Source: Candidatus Saccharimonadota bacterium (GTDB taxonomy: Bacteria > Patescibacteriota > Gracilibacteria > UBA1369 > 2-02-FULL-48-14). From it: DNA of 32,000 nucleotides. The notes below the pieces were generated by a model. It ran no database searches. It was not told the DNA's origin and saw only the letters and a list, made by a program, of their open reading frames with translations. The translations under genes and the position numbers were made by a program. The stretch is taken from assembly GCA_965230905.1 (NCBI GenBank), contig OZ246396.1, positions 1,230,001 to 1,262,000 on the forward strand, in the 5' to 3' direction. Positions 1-7,519 of the stretch are shown one piece after another. How positions within the stretch are numbered: the stretch's first letter is position 1; every line of letters starts with the position of its first letter.

Positions 1-2
1 TT

Positions 3-1907
3 TCTAAGCTGGAACCGTATGAAAGCGCGGCGATTCAAATCATGATGCGGCCCGTGCACAATCACTGGCAACACAAAGGACGCAAGCTCGCCAAGAGCGT
101 GATGGAAGACAAGCATGAAGGATTTTTGCACAATATGAATCCGCTGATGTGGATGGGCGATATGCTCAGCATTTTGTTCCGTGGAGAAGCCGGAAAGGAG
201 CATGAGGCTGGCGGCGGGCGAACCACTCCTCTGGTGGACGAACAGGTGAAAGCTATTGAAGAAAAGAACACGCAGGTGGGATTTGAAAGTGTGATTCGTT
301 TGGTGGCGGTTTCCAATGCCCACAATAAGGCGGATGCACTGCTCCACAGTATGAAGAGCGCCTTTGCTCAGTACGGTACCACCGACAACAATTCCCTGGT
401 CTACCGCGATCACTACCTGGGAAATTTGGTGCATCATTTTTTGATGCGCGATATGCGCCAGCCACTGCGCTTCCACAAAATGATTTTGTGTCCGGAAGAG
501 CTAGCGAGCCTCTACCACTTGCCCAATATCCGCTACAACCGCGCGCCCACTATCAGCTGGCAGAATTACAAAATTTCACCTCCCCCAACCAATATTCCCG
601 ACGAAGGGATTTTGCTGGGTCACAATATTTACCGCGGAGTGAAGAAGGAAATCCGCATGAAGAACGAGGATCGCTTCCGACACTTCTACGTGATCGGACA
701 AACCGGTACTGGTAAATCTTCCGTCTTGCAGGTTATGATTCGCCAGGATTTGCAGAATGGAAAAGGAATCTGTGTGGTGGATCCGCACGGGCAGCTGATC
801 GACGATATTTTGCCTTTCATTCCCCGTGAACGTGCCGACGATGTGATTTATTTCAACCCTGCCGATTTGGAACGACCACTGGGACTCAATTTGCTCGAAG
901 CCGACACTCCGGAAGAACGCGATCTAGTGGCCATGGACGCCATGAACATGATGATCAAATTGTTTGATGAAGAAATCTTCGGGCCGCGTATTCAGGATTA
1001 CTTCCGAAACGGGTGTTTGACGCTTATGGAATACAAGGACGGAGGGTGTTTGACCGACATGGTGCGTCTGTTTACGGATGACGATTTTCAATACGAACGC
1101 ACCAAAGATTTGAAAAACCCGATTGTGAAATCGTTCTGGGATCAGCAAATGGCCAAGACCGGGGCGCGTGAAAAACAGGAAATGATTCCGTACTTTGCGG
1201 CGAAATTTGGGCAGTTCGTGACCAACGGAATGATGCGTAACATTATTGGGCAAACCCGCAGCGCCTTTGATTTCAGCCATATTATGGCGAACAACAAGAT
1301 TCTGCTCATGAACCTTTCGAAGGGAGAAACCGGAGACATCAACTCCAAACTGCTGGGTATGATTGTGGTTTCGAAGATTCAAGTGGCGGCCCTGCGCAGG
1401 CAACGGCTCCCCAAAGAAATGCGAAAAGACTTCTTCCTGTACATCGACGAGTTCCAAAACTACGTGACCGATTCCATTGAAGTGATTTTGTCCGAAGCCC
1501 GAAAGTACCGCTTGGGACTCGCGATGGCTCACCAGTATTTGGCTCAGCTGGAGAGTGAAGGTAAAAAAGGAAAGGGAGTGAATTTGAAAGACGCCGTGTT
1601 CGGGAACGTGGGAAGTATTATGGCGTATAAGATTGGTGCGCAGGACGCGGAGTACATGGCCAAGGAAATGGCGCCGGTGTTCAGCGACCAGGATTTGATC
1701 AACATCGACAAGTACAAGGCAGTGATGAAACTCTCTATTGATACGCAGCCTTCGAAGCCGTTTAGCATTGTCCCCTTGAATCCGTATTTGGAGAAAGGCG
1801 ATAACGAGGCGGCGGAAGCGTTCAAACAATTATCACGGCTCAAATTCGGACGTGACCGGGAATTCGTGGAACGCGAGGTGTTTAGGCGTTTGGGTACGGT
1901 GATGTAA
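3..1907 (+). CDS. Type IV secretion coupling-protein-like P-loop ATPase (TraD/VirD4/TrwB type), 5' end off-window
   Basis: The frame is open from nt 3 (SKLEPYESAAIQIMM...), so the ATG at 42 is probably internal. Walker A is GQTGTGKSS and the Walker B region is FFLYIDEFQNY. SEARKYRLGLAMAHQYLAQL is typical of T4CP/FtsK-HerA-like ATPases. Confidence 0.7.
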   Translation, partial: SKLEPYESAAIQIMMRPVHNHWQHKGRKLAKSVMEDKHEGFLHNMNPLMWMGDMLSILFRGEAGKEHEAGGGRTTPLVDEQVKAIEEKNTQVGFESVIRLVAVSNAHNKADALLHSMKSAFAQYGTTDNNSLVYRDHYLGNLVHHFLMRDMRQPLRFHKMILCPEELASLYHLPNIRYNRAPTISWQNYKISPPPTNIPDEGILLGHNIYRGVKKEIRMKNEDRFRHFYVIGQTGTGKSSVLQVMIRQDLQNGKGICVVDPHGQLIDDILPFIPRERADDVIYFNPADLERPLGLNLLEADTPEERDLVAMDAMNMMIKLFDEEIFGPRIQDYFRNGCLTLMEYKDGGCLTDMVRLFTDDDFQYERTKDLKNPIVKSFWDQQMAKTGAREKQEMIPYFAAKFGQFVTNGMMRNIIGQTRSAFDFSHIMANNKILLMNLSKGETGDINSKLLGMIVVSKIQVAALRRQRLPKEMRKDFFLYIDEFQNYVTDSIEVILSEARKYRLGLAMAHQYLAQLESEGKKGKGVNLKDAVFGNVGSIMAYKIGAQDAEYMAKEMAPVFSDQDLINIDKYKAVMKLSIDTQPSKPFSIVPLNPYLEKGDNEAAEAFKQLSRLKFGRDREFVEREVFRRLGTVM

Positions 1908-1978
1908 ACAGCGAGTTTATATAAGACTATATATTCTCAATCCTTCAAGGCCAATGGGCGGCGCGAAGGGCTGTTTTC

Positions 1979-1987
1979 TGCTATAAT
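1979..1987 (+). promoter_or_regulatory. Extended -10 promoter element for the 2018 gene
   Basis: TG (1979-1980), one nt, then TATAAT (1982-1987), about 30 nt upstream of the ATG. There is no convincing -35. TAGGAGA follows immediately, then an A/C-rich leader. Confidence 0.4.
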
Positions 1988-2017
1988 TAGGAGAAAGCAA
2001 AATAAAACAAAAACAAA

Positions 2018-3253
2018 ATGGTACTCAAAAAGCTCTTTGCGCTCCTATTCAGTTCGTTATTTGCAGTTTTGCAGCTTCTACCTAGCGCCGTTGCACTCGC
2101 CGAAGAAGATGAGGTTCCACCTCCTCCTGAAGCAGCGGATGAATACTATTTGCAAACCTTCATTATCACGGCTTATTATTCGCCTTTGCTCGGTCAGGAA
2201 AACTATGTGACCGGATCTTATGAGGCGGATATTCGCCTGAACGGAAACGGAACCAATGGAGCCGACGGAACTCCCGTGTTTCCAGGTATGATTGCCGCGC
2301 CCAAGAGTTACCCATTTGGGATGAAACTCTATATTCCAGGTGTAGGGCTGACCTCTATTCACGACCGAGGAGGAGCTATTGTGGATGCCGGAGTTCGAAA
2401 CAATGCCTACGACCGACTCGACGTATGGATGGGACATGGAGACGAAGGACTTCGCCGCGCCCTTGGATGGGGGAAGCGAACCGTGGAAGTGCGCGTGTAT
2501 GGGATCAAACCTGAAATTGAGGAGGCTGTTTACTTCGACCAATACCTCACCGTGGAGAACATTTACACTCAAACCTTCCTGCCTTCGCTCACCTTTGATG
2601 AAGACCTTTATTACGGCGACACCAGTGCCGACGTGCTGAAGATGCAAGAATACTTGGTGGAATGGGGCTACCTCACCGAAGCCAACAGTTTTTATGGAGC
2701 CGACACCGCGCAAGCCTTGTTTGAATTCCAGTCTGACACCGACCTTATTTCCGACCCCGATGAACTGGGAGCCGGACACTTTGGACCCGCCACCCGTCGC
2801 GCCTTTGAGAACGCTATTAAGGGAGGGGTTTCCGCTGAAACCGTGAAACTGCAAAAGGGACAATCCCTGATGACCAAATTTCCTCATCTCTTTGAAGCCA
2901 AGGAGAACTTCAGCACCGCCTTAACCCTTGGGGATAGCGGAACTGAAGTGACCCTGCTCCAAGAAGAACTGCAAACGCTGGGATTCCTGCGCATTGCACC
3001 CACGGGATTCTTTGGAGAAAGCACTCAGCACGCTCTGTTTAAATTCCAACAGTCTCAAGGCATTGTGAGCAGCGACGCCGATTCCGGTGCCGGATACTTG
3101 GGGCCTCAGACTCGCAGTGTGCTCAACGCCATTCTGGCGACCCGTTACGAAAGCAAAAGCCTCATGGCTTACCAACGTGAAGAGCTCGAGGCCGGCCGCC
3201 TCTCCCTGATGCTGCCTGACAAAACTTTGGCTAGCCTTCCTAAAGAGGAATAG
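2018..3253 (+). CDS. Secreted cell-wall protein: 3D (MltA/RlpA-like) domain plus two peptidoglycan-binding (PG_binding_1) repeats
   Basis: N-terminal signal peptide (LFSSLFAVLQLLPSAVALA). 3D-like core is GMIAAPKSYPFGMKLYIPGVGLTSIHDRGGAIVD...DRLDVWM. Two PG-binding repeats: LKMQEYLVEWGYL...TAQALFEFQ and VTLLQEELQTLGFL...TQHALFKFQQSQGI. Confidence 0.75.
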   Translation: MVLKKLFALLFSSLFAVLQLLPSAVALAEEDEVPPPPEAADEYYLQTFIITAYYSPLLGQENYVTGSYEADIRLNGNGTNGADGTPVFPGMIAAPKSYPFGMKLYIPGVGLTSIHDRGGAIVDAGVRNNAYDRLDVWMGHGDEGLRRALGWGKRTVEVRVYGIKPEIEEAVYFDQYLTVENIYTQTFLPSLTFDEDLYYGDTSADVLKMQEYLVEWGYLTEANSFYGADTAQALFEFQSDTDLISDPDELGAGHFGPATRRAFENAIKGGVSAETVKLQKGQSLMTKFPHLFEAKENFSTALTLGDSGTEVTLLQEELQTLGFLRIAPTGFFGESTQHALFKFQQSQGIVSSDADSGAGYLGPQTRSVLNAILATRYESKSLMAYQREELEAGRLSLMLPDKTLASLPKEE

Positions 3254-3261
3254 GAATCTAG

Positions 3262-3394
3262 CCTTTCTTTCCCTGTTATTCCTCTTCGTGGATTTCTTCA
3301 ACAGGAGCGAAAGAACTCGGATCATGATCCTCGTCCTTTCTTCCTTATGGTTTATGTTTCATAAATCCACGAAGAGGAACACGGAAAGAAAGGG
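3262..3394. repeat. Long imperfect inverted repeat (133 nt) between convergent genes
   Basis: Outer stem is 11 bp (3262-3272 / 3383-3393) and inner stem is a perfect 17 bp (3279-3295 ttcctcttcgtggattt / 3363-3379 aaatccacgaagaggaa). The 67-nt apical region contains the palindrome ggatcatgatcc (3319-3330). Neither side has a U-run. Confidence 0.8.
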
Positions 3395-3534
3395 AAATTC
3401 CCAAACAGAGGAAGACTGCTTGGAGAGATTCAGCGTAAACTATTAGGAAGGAGCTTTCTGAATCATGCATGAAGAAAACGACGCTCCCAGCTGAATCGAA
3501 GCAAGACAGTCTTAGTACGTCTGTTTGGGAATTT

Positions 3535-3945
3535 TTAATCCACCGCTTCCACTTCAATGAAACGACTGTCCCCGCCTCCGTGTCTTATATAGATGCGCAG
3601 GTGGGGTTTTTTGATGTATTTTTCCACTTTTTCCGGCCACTCAATCACAAGTCGCTTGTTTTCGGCCAGGTGTTCTTCCAATTGTTCCAAGGTTAGGTCA
3701 TCCATGGTGTCGATGCGGTAGAGGTCGTAGTGCTTGAAGTGTTCGTATTCATTCACCAAAACGTAGGTGGGGCTTTTTACTTCGCTGGGCTTCATGCCAA
3801 TGATTTCGCCCAGACCTTTTACGAAGGTGGTTTTACCCGCCCCCAACTCTCCATAAAGCAGCCAGATTTTATGATTTGGGTGGCTTTCGTAGAGCTCTTT
3901 GGCGAGTTCGGAGCTTTCCTGTGCGTTTTGTGTGGTCTTCTTCAT
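3535..3945 (-). CDS. tsaE: tRNA threonylcarbamoyladenosine (t6A) biosynthesis ATPase TsaE
   Basis: 136 aa. P-loop YGELGAGKTTFVKGLG, plus SPTYVLVNEY and HYDLYRI, all characteristic of the TsaE/YjeE family. Confidence 0.85.
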   Translation of the reverse strand: MKKTTQNAQESSELAKELYESHPNHKIWLLYGELGAGKTTFVKGLGEIIGMKPSEVKSPTYVLVNEYEHFKHYDLYRIDTMDDLTLEQLEEHLAENKRLVIEWPEKVEKYIKKPHLRIYIRHGGGDSRFIEVEAVD

Positions 3946-3996
3946 ATTGATGTGGCTGGCGCCACGTTATTGCTTAGCAAACCCTTCGGGTCCGCT
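3946..3996 (-). promoter_or_regulatory. Conserved ~50-nt leader motif, copy 1 (abuts tsaE start codon)
   Basis: Aligns to 23945-23995 from the start codon outward. Shared elements are hairpin GTGGC-n-GCCAC, then ACGTT, palindrome GCTTAGC, then hairpin ACCC-TTCG-GGGT and CGC. Read on the minus strand it lies directly 5' of the ATG. Confidence 0.6.
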
Positions 3997-3999
3997 TCC

Positions 4000-4028
4000 T
4001 TGAAAATTTCTTGGAAATCTGGTACACT
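4000..4028 (+). promoter_or_regulatory. Sigma70-type promoter of the M23 peptidase gene
   Basis: TTGAAA (4000-4005), 17-nt spacer, TACACT (4023-4028), with TG at 4020-4021 giving an extended -10. TAGGAGA and an A/C-rich leader follow, up to the ATG at 4063. Confidence 0.55.
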
Positions 4029-4062
4029 TAGGAGATTAAAACAAATCCAAAACAAAAGAAAC

Positions 4063-6231
4063 ATGAAGAAACTCAAAAGCTATCTTCAAAATACCAATGT
4101 CCGCGAGTGGATTTCGCTCATGGCTCTATTGGCCGTTTCGGTTTTTAGCATCAATTTCCGCTACGAAACGCACGTGCTGTTCACCTCGCTAACAGGTGTG
4201 GAGGAACACGATCCTTTTGACGGAACCGTGATGCCCATTCAGGAAGCCCCCGATTGGAGCAGCCTGACGACCGCTGAATATAAAATGTCTTACCAGGAAC
4301 TGCCCAAATCTAAACTGCAGACTGTTTCCGAATATCGCGACGATTATTTGACCTACGATTCCAGCAAGCTGGTGTGGGGAAAGGCCTCCGACAATGTGAT
4401 TCGAAACGCCATCATCACTTACCCGGTGCCTTATTCCGGGAATTATGAACTCGATGCGTGTGGCGAAGGCTGTGGAAGCCATCCTGCGGTGGACATTAAA
4501 GTTCCCAAAGGAACCCCCGTCTACGACATTGCGAACGGAGTGGTGAGCAAGGCCGGAACCTCGAGCAGCTTTGGAAAGTATATTGTGATCAAACACAACG
4601 GTGTGCCCGACCCAAACAATCCCGGACAAACCACCACGCTGTATAGCAGCTACTCTCACCTTTCTGAATTCTTTGTAACCGAAGGGCAAGAAGTGAGCAA
4701 GGGTGAAGTAATAGGACAAGTGGGTGACACGGGAACCGCCACCACTCACCATCTGCATTTTCAACTCGATAGCGGCGATGCGCCTTGGCATCCTTATTGG
4801 CCTTTCACCACGGCTGAAGCGTCTGCTGCCGGATACGACTTTTGGGATGCGGTGAACCACGGAGTGGGTAAGGATAATTTGTACCGCTACACCCGAAATC
4901 CCATGGATTTTGTTCAAAATCATTTAGATGGAAATGCCGTGCTCACCAACAATGTGCCGCTAAGCAGCACCGTTGAAAGCACCACCACTCCTGTAGTAGA
5001 AGAAACCGAAACGACCGTAGAAGAAGTCGATTCCGCGGTGGTGAGTGTGAATTTTAGCGGCCTAAAGATTGCTACGCCCGCTTTCATTATGCCGGGTCAA
5101 AACGAAACCATTACACTGAGCCTTTTGGATGAAAATGGGGACCTTAAAAAGGATGCCAGTTTTGAAGGTTCCATGAGCATCAGCATTTCAGACACCAGCA
5201 GTGCCAAGTTGAACCGCGACTCGCTGAGCAGCGCCGACTTTTCTAACGGAGTAGCGGAATTGTCGCTCTACGCGGACCATGAAGGAGCCGTTACCGTTAC
5301 AGCAGAAATCGCCGGCCGAGAATACTATTCTTCGGACGTTTATGTGATTGCCGGTATTGAACCTTTCGCCAAGTTTGGCGTGGCTCACGACGGGTACTTT
5401 GTACCTAACAAAGCCGAGACCATTCAGATCCAAGCTTTGGACTTGGAAGGCAATCCAACTCCCGGCTTTTACGGAGACGGAACCCTTGAACTCAGCCTCG
5501 TGCAAGGAAGCGGAAGTTTTTCCAAAGACACTCTCACTAAAAAAGATCTGCCCACGGGACTTGCTGTGGTTGAGTTCACCGCCACGAGCGATGACAACGT
5601 GATCATCCAGGTGACCTATGGAACCAAAGTGATCGAAAGCAGCACCTTGGAATCCCGCCTCTTCAACGACATTTCTGAAGTGGATGAGTTCTACGGAGCG
5701 GTGAGCTACTTAGTAGAGAAAGGAACCGTTCAGGGTTACCCCGATGGAACCTTTAAACCCTCCAACACAGTTTCCCGCGTGGAATCCCTTAAATTTATTT
5801 TCAGCGGACTCGATAAAAATATCAGCACGGGTCTTTCTGCTCGCTTCAGTGATACCTCTAGCGGCCAATGGTATTCCGACTATCTCGCCACAGCCTCTTC
5901 ACTAGGAGTCGTTCAGGGTTACTCCGATGGAAGCTTTAAACCCACTCAAGGGGTGAACCGTGTGGAATTCTTGAAGATGATTTTCAGCACCGTGAACGAT
6001 GTTGAAATCGACCCCATTGTGGAAAGTGATCCTTATAGCGATGTGAACAACTTGGCTTGGTACGCGCCTTATGTGCAGTACGCTAAGGAGAAAAATCTAT
6101 TCCCGGTGAGCGGAAACAACTTCTATCCCGGCGACCCGATGAGCCGCCTCGAAGTGGCCGAAGTCATCTATCGTATGATCACGGTGAACCGAAACGGCGG
6201 ACAGCCCTATACAAGTTTGATGAGACCTTAA
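4063..6231 (+). CDS. Secreted M23 (LytM-type) metallopeptidase with two Ig-like repeats and three C-terminal SLH domains
   Basis: Start is placed at MKKLKSY with a signal/anchor helix (WISLMALLAVSVFS); the longer ORF from 3730 overlaps tsaE antisense. M23 motifs are HPAVDI (HxxxD) and HHLHFQL (HxH). There are two Ig-like segments. Three SLH repeats: FNDISEVDEFYGAVSYLVEKGTVQGYPDGTFKP, FSDTSSGQWYSDYLATASSLGVVQGYSDGSFKP and YSDVNNLAWYAPYVQYAKEKNLF. Confidence 0.8.
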   Translation: MKKLKSYLQNTNVREWISLMALLAVSVFSINFRYETHVLFTSLTGVEEHDPFDGTVMPIQEAPDWSSLTTAEYKMSYQELPKSKLQTVSEYRDDYLTYDSSKLVWGKASDNVIRNAIITYPVPYSGNYELDACGEGCGSHPAVDIKVPKGTPVYDIANGVVSKAGTSSSFGKYIVIKHNGVPDPNNPGQTTTLYSSYSHLSEFFVTEGQEVSKGEVIGQVGDTGTATTHHLHFQLDSGDAPWHPYWPFTTAEASAAGYDFWDAVNHGVGKDNLYRYTRNPMDFVQNHLDGNAVLTNNVPLSSTVESTTTPVVEETETTVEEVDSAVVSVNFSGLKIATPAFIMPGQNETITLSLLDENGDLKKDASFEGSMSISISDTSSAKLNRDSLSSADFSNGVAELSLYADHEGAVTVTAEIAGREYYSSDVYVIAGIEPFAKFGVAHDGYFVPNKAETIQIQALDLEGNPTPGFYGDGTLELSLVQGSGSFSKDTLTKKDLPTGLAVVEFTATSDDNVIIQVTYGTKVIESSTLESRLFNDISEVDEFYGAVSYLVEKGTVQGYPDGTFKPSNTVSRVESLKFIFSGLDKNISTGLSARFSDTSSGQWYSDYLATASSLGVVQGYSDGSFKPTQGVNRVEFLKMIFSTVNDVEIDPIVESDPYSDVNNLAWYAPYVQYAKEKNLFPVSGNNFYPGDPMSRLEVAEVIYRMITVNRNGGQPYTSLMRP

Positions 6232-6247
6232 TCTGCCTCATTCAAAA

Positions 6248-6275
6248 GGCCCCGCCGACTGGCGGGGCCTTTTTT
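6248..6275. terminator. Bidirectional rho-independent terminator
   Basis: ggccccgcc-gact-ggcggggcc, followed by tttttt on the plus strand and preceded by aaaa (a U-run on the minus strand). It lies between the M23 stop codon and the stop of the small minus-strand ORF. Confidence 0.8.
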
Positions 6276-6283
6276 CTACTCAA

Positions 6284-6451
6284 CTAGTAGCTGCTTTCAG
6301 AGGAGGAACCGCTGCTAGAATCTTTTGACTCTCCCTCTCGTTTTTCGCTGGAGGATCCTGAAGTAGATCCTTTAGAGTCAGAGCCCTGAGCGCTGCTTCC
6401 CTGCTTGCTTCCACTATTTGAACCGGACTTGGATTGTTGATCGTTAGTCAT
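6284..6451 (-). CDS. Small Ser/Gly-rich hydrophilic protein (55 aa), hypothetical
   Basis: Hand-translated; it falls below the ORF-track length cutoff. Sequence is MTNDQQSKSGSNSGSKQGSSAQGSDSKGSTSGSSSEKREGESKDSSSGSSSESSY. The stop lies 9 nt from the bidirectional terminator. No SD or clear promoter was seen. Confidence 0.35.
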   Translation of the reverse strand: MTNDQQSKSGSNSGSKQGSSAQGSDSKGSTSGSSSEKREGESKDSSSGSSSESSY

Positions 6452-6794
6452 ATTTAAAAGGGTTAAGGGAAATGCGTCTCTAAAAATTCCAAAAAGCTGC
6501 TAAAAAGAAGCCGGTGATATCGACCCTAATTTTTCAATCAGTACCACTTTTTTTGAAACTGTGAGGCACAAAGAAAAACCAATTTCTGGATAGGCTGTTC
6601 GCTGTGCTTCACTAAATTCAAAGTAGTCCTCTTAACATGCAAAGTCAACCCTTGTATGATGGCGCTAGCCATGCTAAAGGCCATAAAATAGCCCTGTGGC
6701 CAAGCGCCCAGCTGGAACTTTCCCATTCCGCCTTGCTTTTAATATGATTATGCAATAAAATCTGGCTCTTTGCAAAACTAACCCACGCAAAAGT

Positions 6795-7436
6795 ATGAGA
6801 ACTTATAATAACGATGACCGAGGCGGATGGAAGCCTAAAAAAAGCTTTGGAAAACGTCCTTTTGGCGGAGACCGAGGAGACCGAAACTCTGATGGACCAG
6901 AAATGCACCAAACCGTTTGTGACGGATGCGGAGACGAATGTGAAGTACCGTTCAAACCAAATGGACGAAAACCGGTTTATTGCCGAAGCTGTTTCAAGAA
7001 ACAGGAAGGCGATGAAGGAGGATTCGACCGACGAGACAATGACCGAGGCTCCGACCGTGGCGAACGCCGCGACTTCGACCGCCCTCGTTATGAGGAACGT
7101 CCTCGTTACGAAGACAAGCCTCGTTTCGAAAAACCTCGCTTTGAGAAGCCTCAGGCTACTGAAAACAACAAGGCTCAGTTCGAAATGCTGAACTTCAAGA
7201 TGGATCTGATCATCAAAGCCCTTCAACAGATGGGAATGGCTACTTCTGCCATCAAGCCCGTTAAAGAGGCTAAGGTTGAGAAGGAAATGCCTAAGGAAGA
7301 AGTGAAAGTGGAGTCTAAGGAAGCGGCTCCTGAAGTGAAGAAAGAAAAAGCAGCTAAGGCGTCTAAGAGCGCTGAACACGAAGGACCTGCCCTTTCTAAG
7401 CCGATCAAGATCGTGCGAAAAAAGAAGGCTGAGTAA
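6795..7436 (+). CDS. CxxC-x17-CxxC zinc-ribbon domain protein with R/D/E/K-rich low-complexity regions
   Basis: CDGC, then 17 residues (GDECEVPFKPNGRKPVY), then CRSC, which matches the CxxC-x17-CxxC pattern exactly. Tandem RPRYEE/RPRYEDK/PRFEK/PRFEK repeats follow, and the tail is K/E-rich. Confidence 0.75.
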   Translation: MRTYNNDDRGGWKPKKSFGKRPFGGDRGDRNSDGPEMHQTVCDGCGDECEVPFKPNGRKPVYCRSCFKKQEGDEGGFDRRDNDRGSDRGERRDFDRPRYEERPRYEDKPRFEKPRFEKPQATENNKAQFEMLNFKMDLIIKALQQMGMATSAIKPVKEAKVEKEMPKEEVKVESKEAAPEVKKEKAAKASKSAEHEGPALSKPIKIVRKKKAE

Positions 7437-7455
7437 TTGTTTGGAAATTTAAAGG

Positions 7456-7485
7456 GGCAACTTCCGAAGGGTAGTTGCCTTTTTT
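7456..7485. terminator. Rho-independent terminator shared by convergent genes
   Basis: ggcaact-tccgaagggt-agttgcc followed by tttttt. On the minus strand aaaaaa precedes the stem. Confidence 0.7.
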
Positions 7486-7519
7486 GATAAATATTTTACT
7501 TTCATTTGCCCGGGCAAAC

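Noticed and set aside
3324-3446. 40-codon plus-strand ORF (MILVLSSLWFMFHKSTKRN...) inside the inverted repeat, considered as a small hydrophobic toxin-like peptide
   Set aside because: The hydrophobic stretch is only ~12 residues. There is no SD or promoter, and the ORF is a by-product of the repeat sequence. The 70-aa minus-strand ORF at 3345-3557 was dismissed for similar reasons.
3730-4062. N-terminal 111 codons of the 833-aa ORF
   Set aside because: This part is antisense to the well-supported tsaE gene and its leader, and has no protein-like features. The ATG at 4063 is followed by a signal/anchor helix and preceded by a good promoter (4000-4028).
6645-7379. 244-aa minus-strand ORF, and similar long antisense ORFs (e.g. 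924-1829, 2078-2887, 4189-4923, 12341-12988, 13055-13879, 13886-14533, 18214-19071)
   Set aside because: These are shadow ORFs opposite strongly supported genes. Their translations are low-complexity or compositionally odd and carry no motifs.
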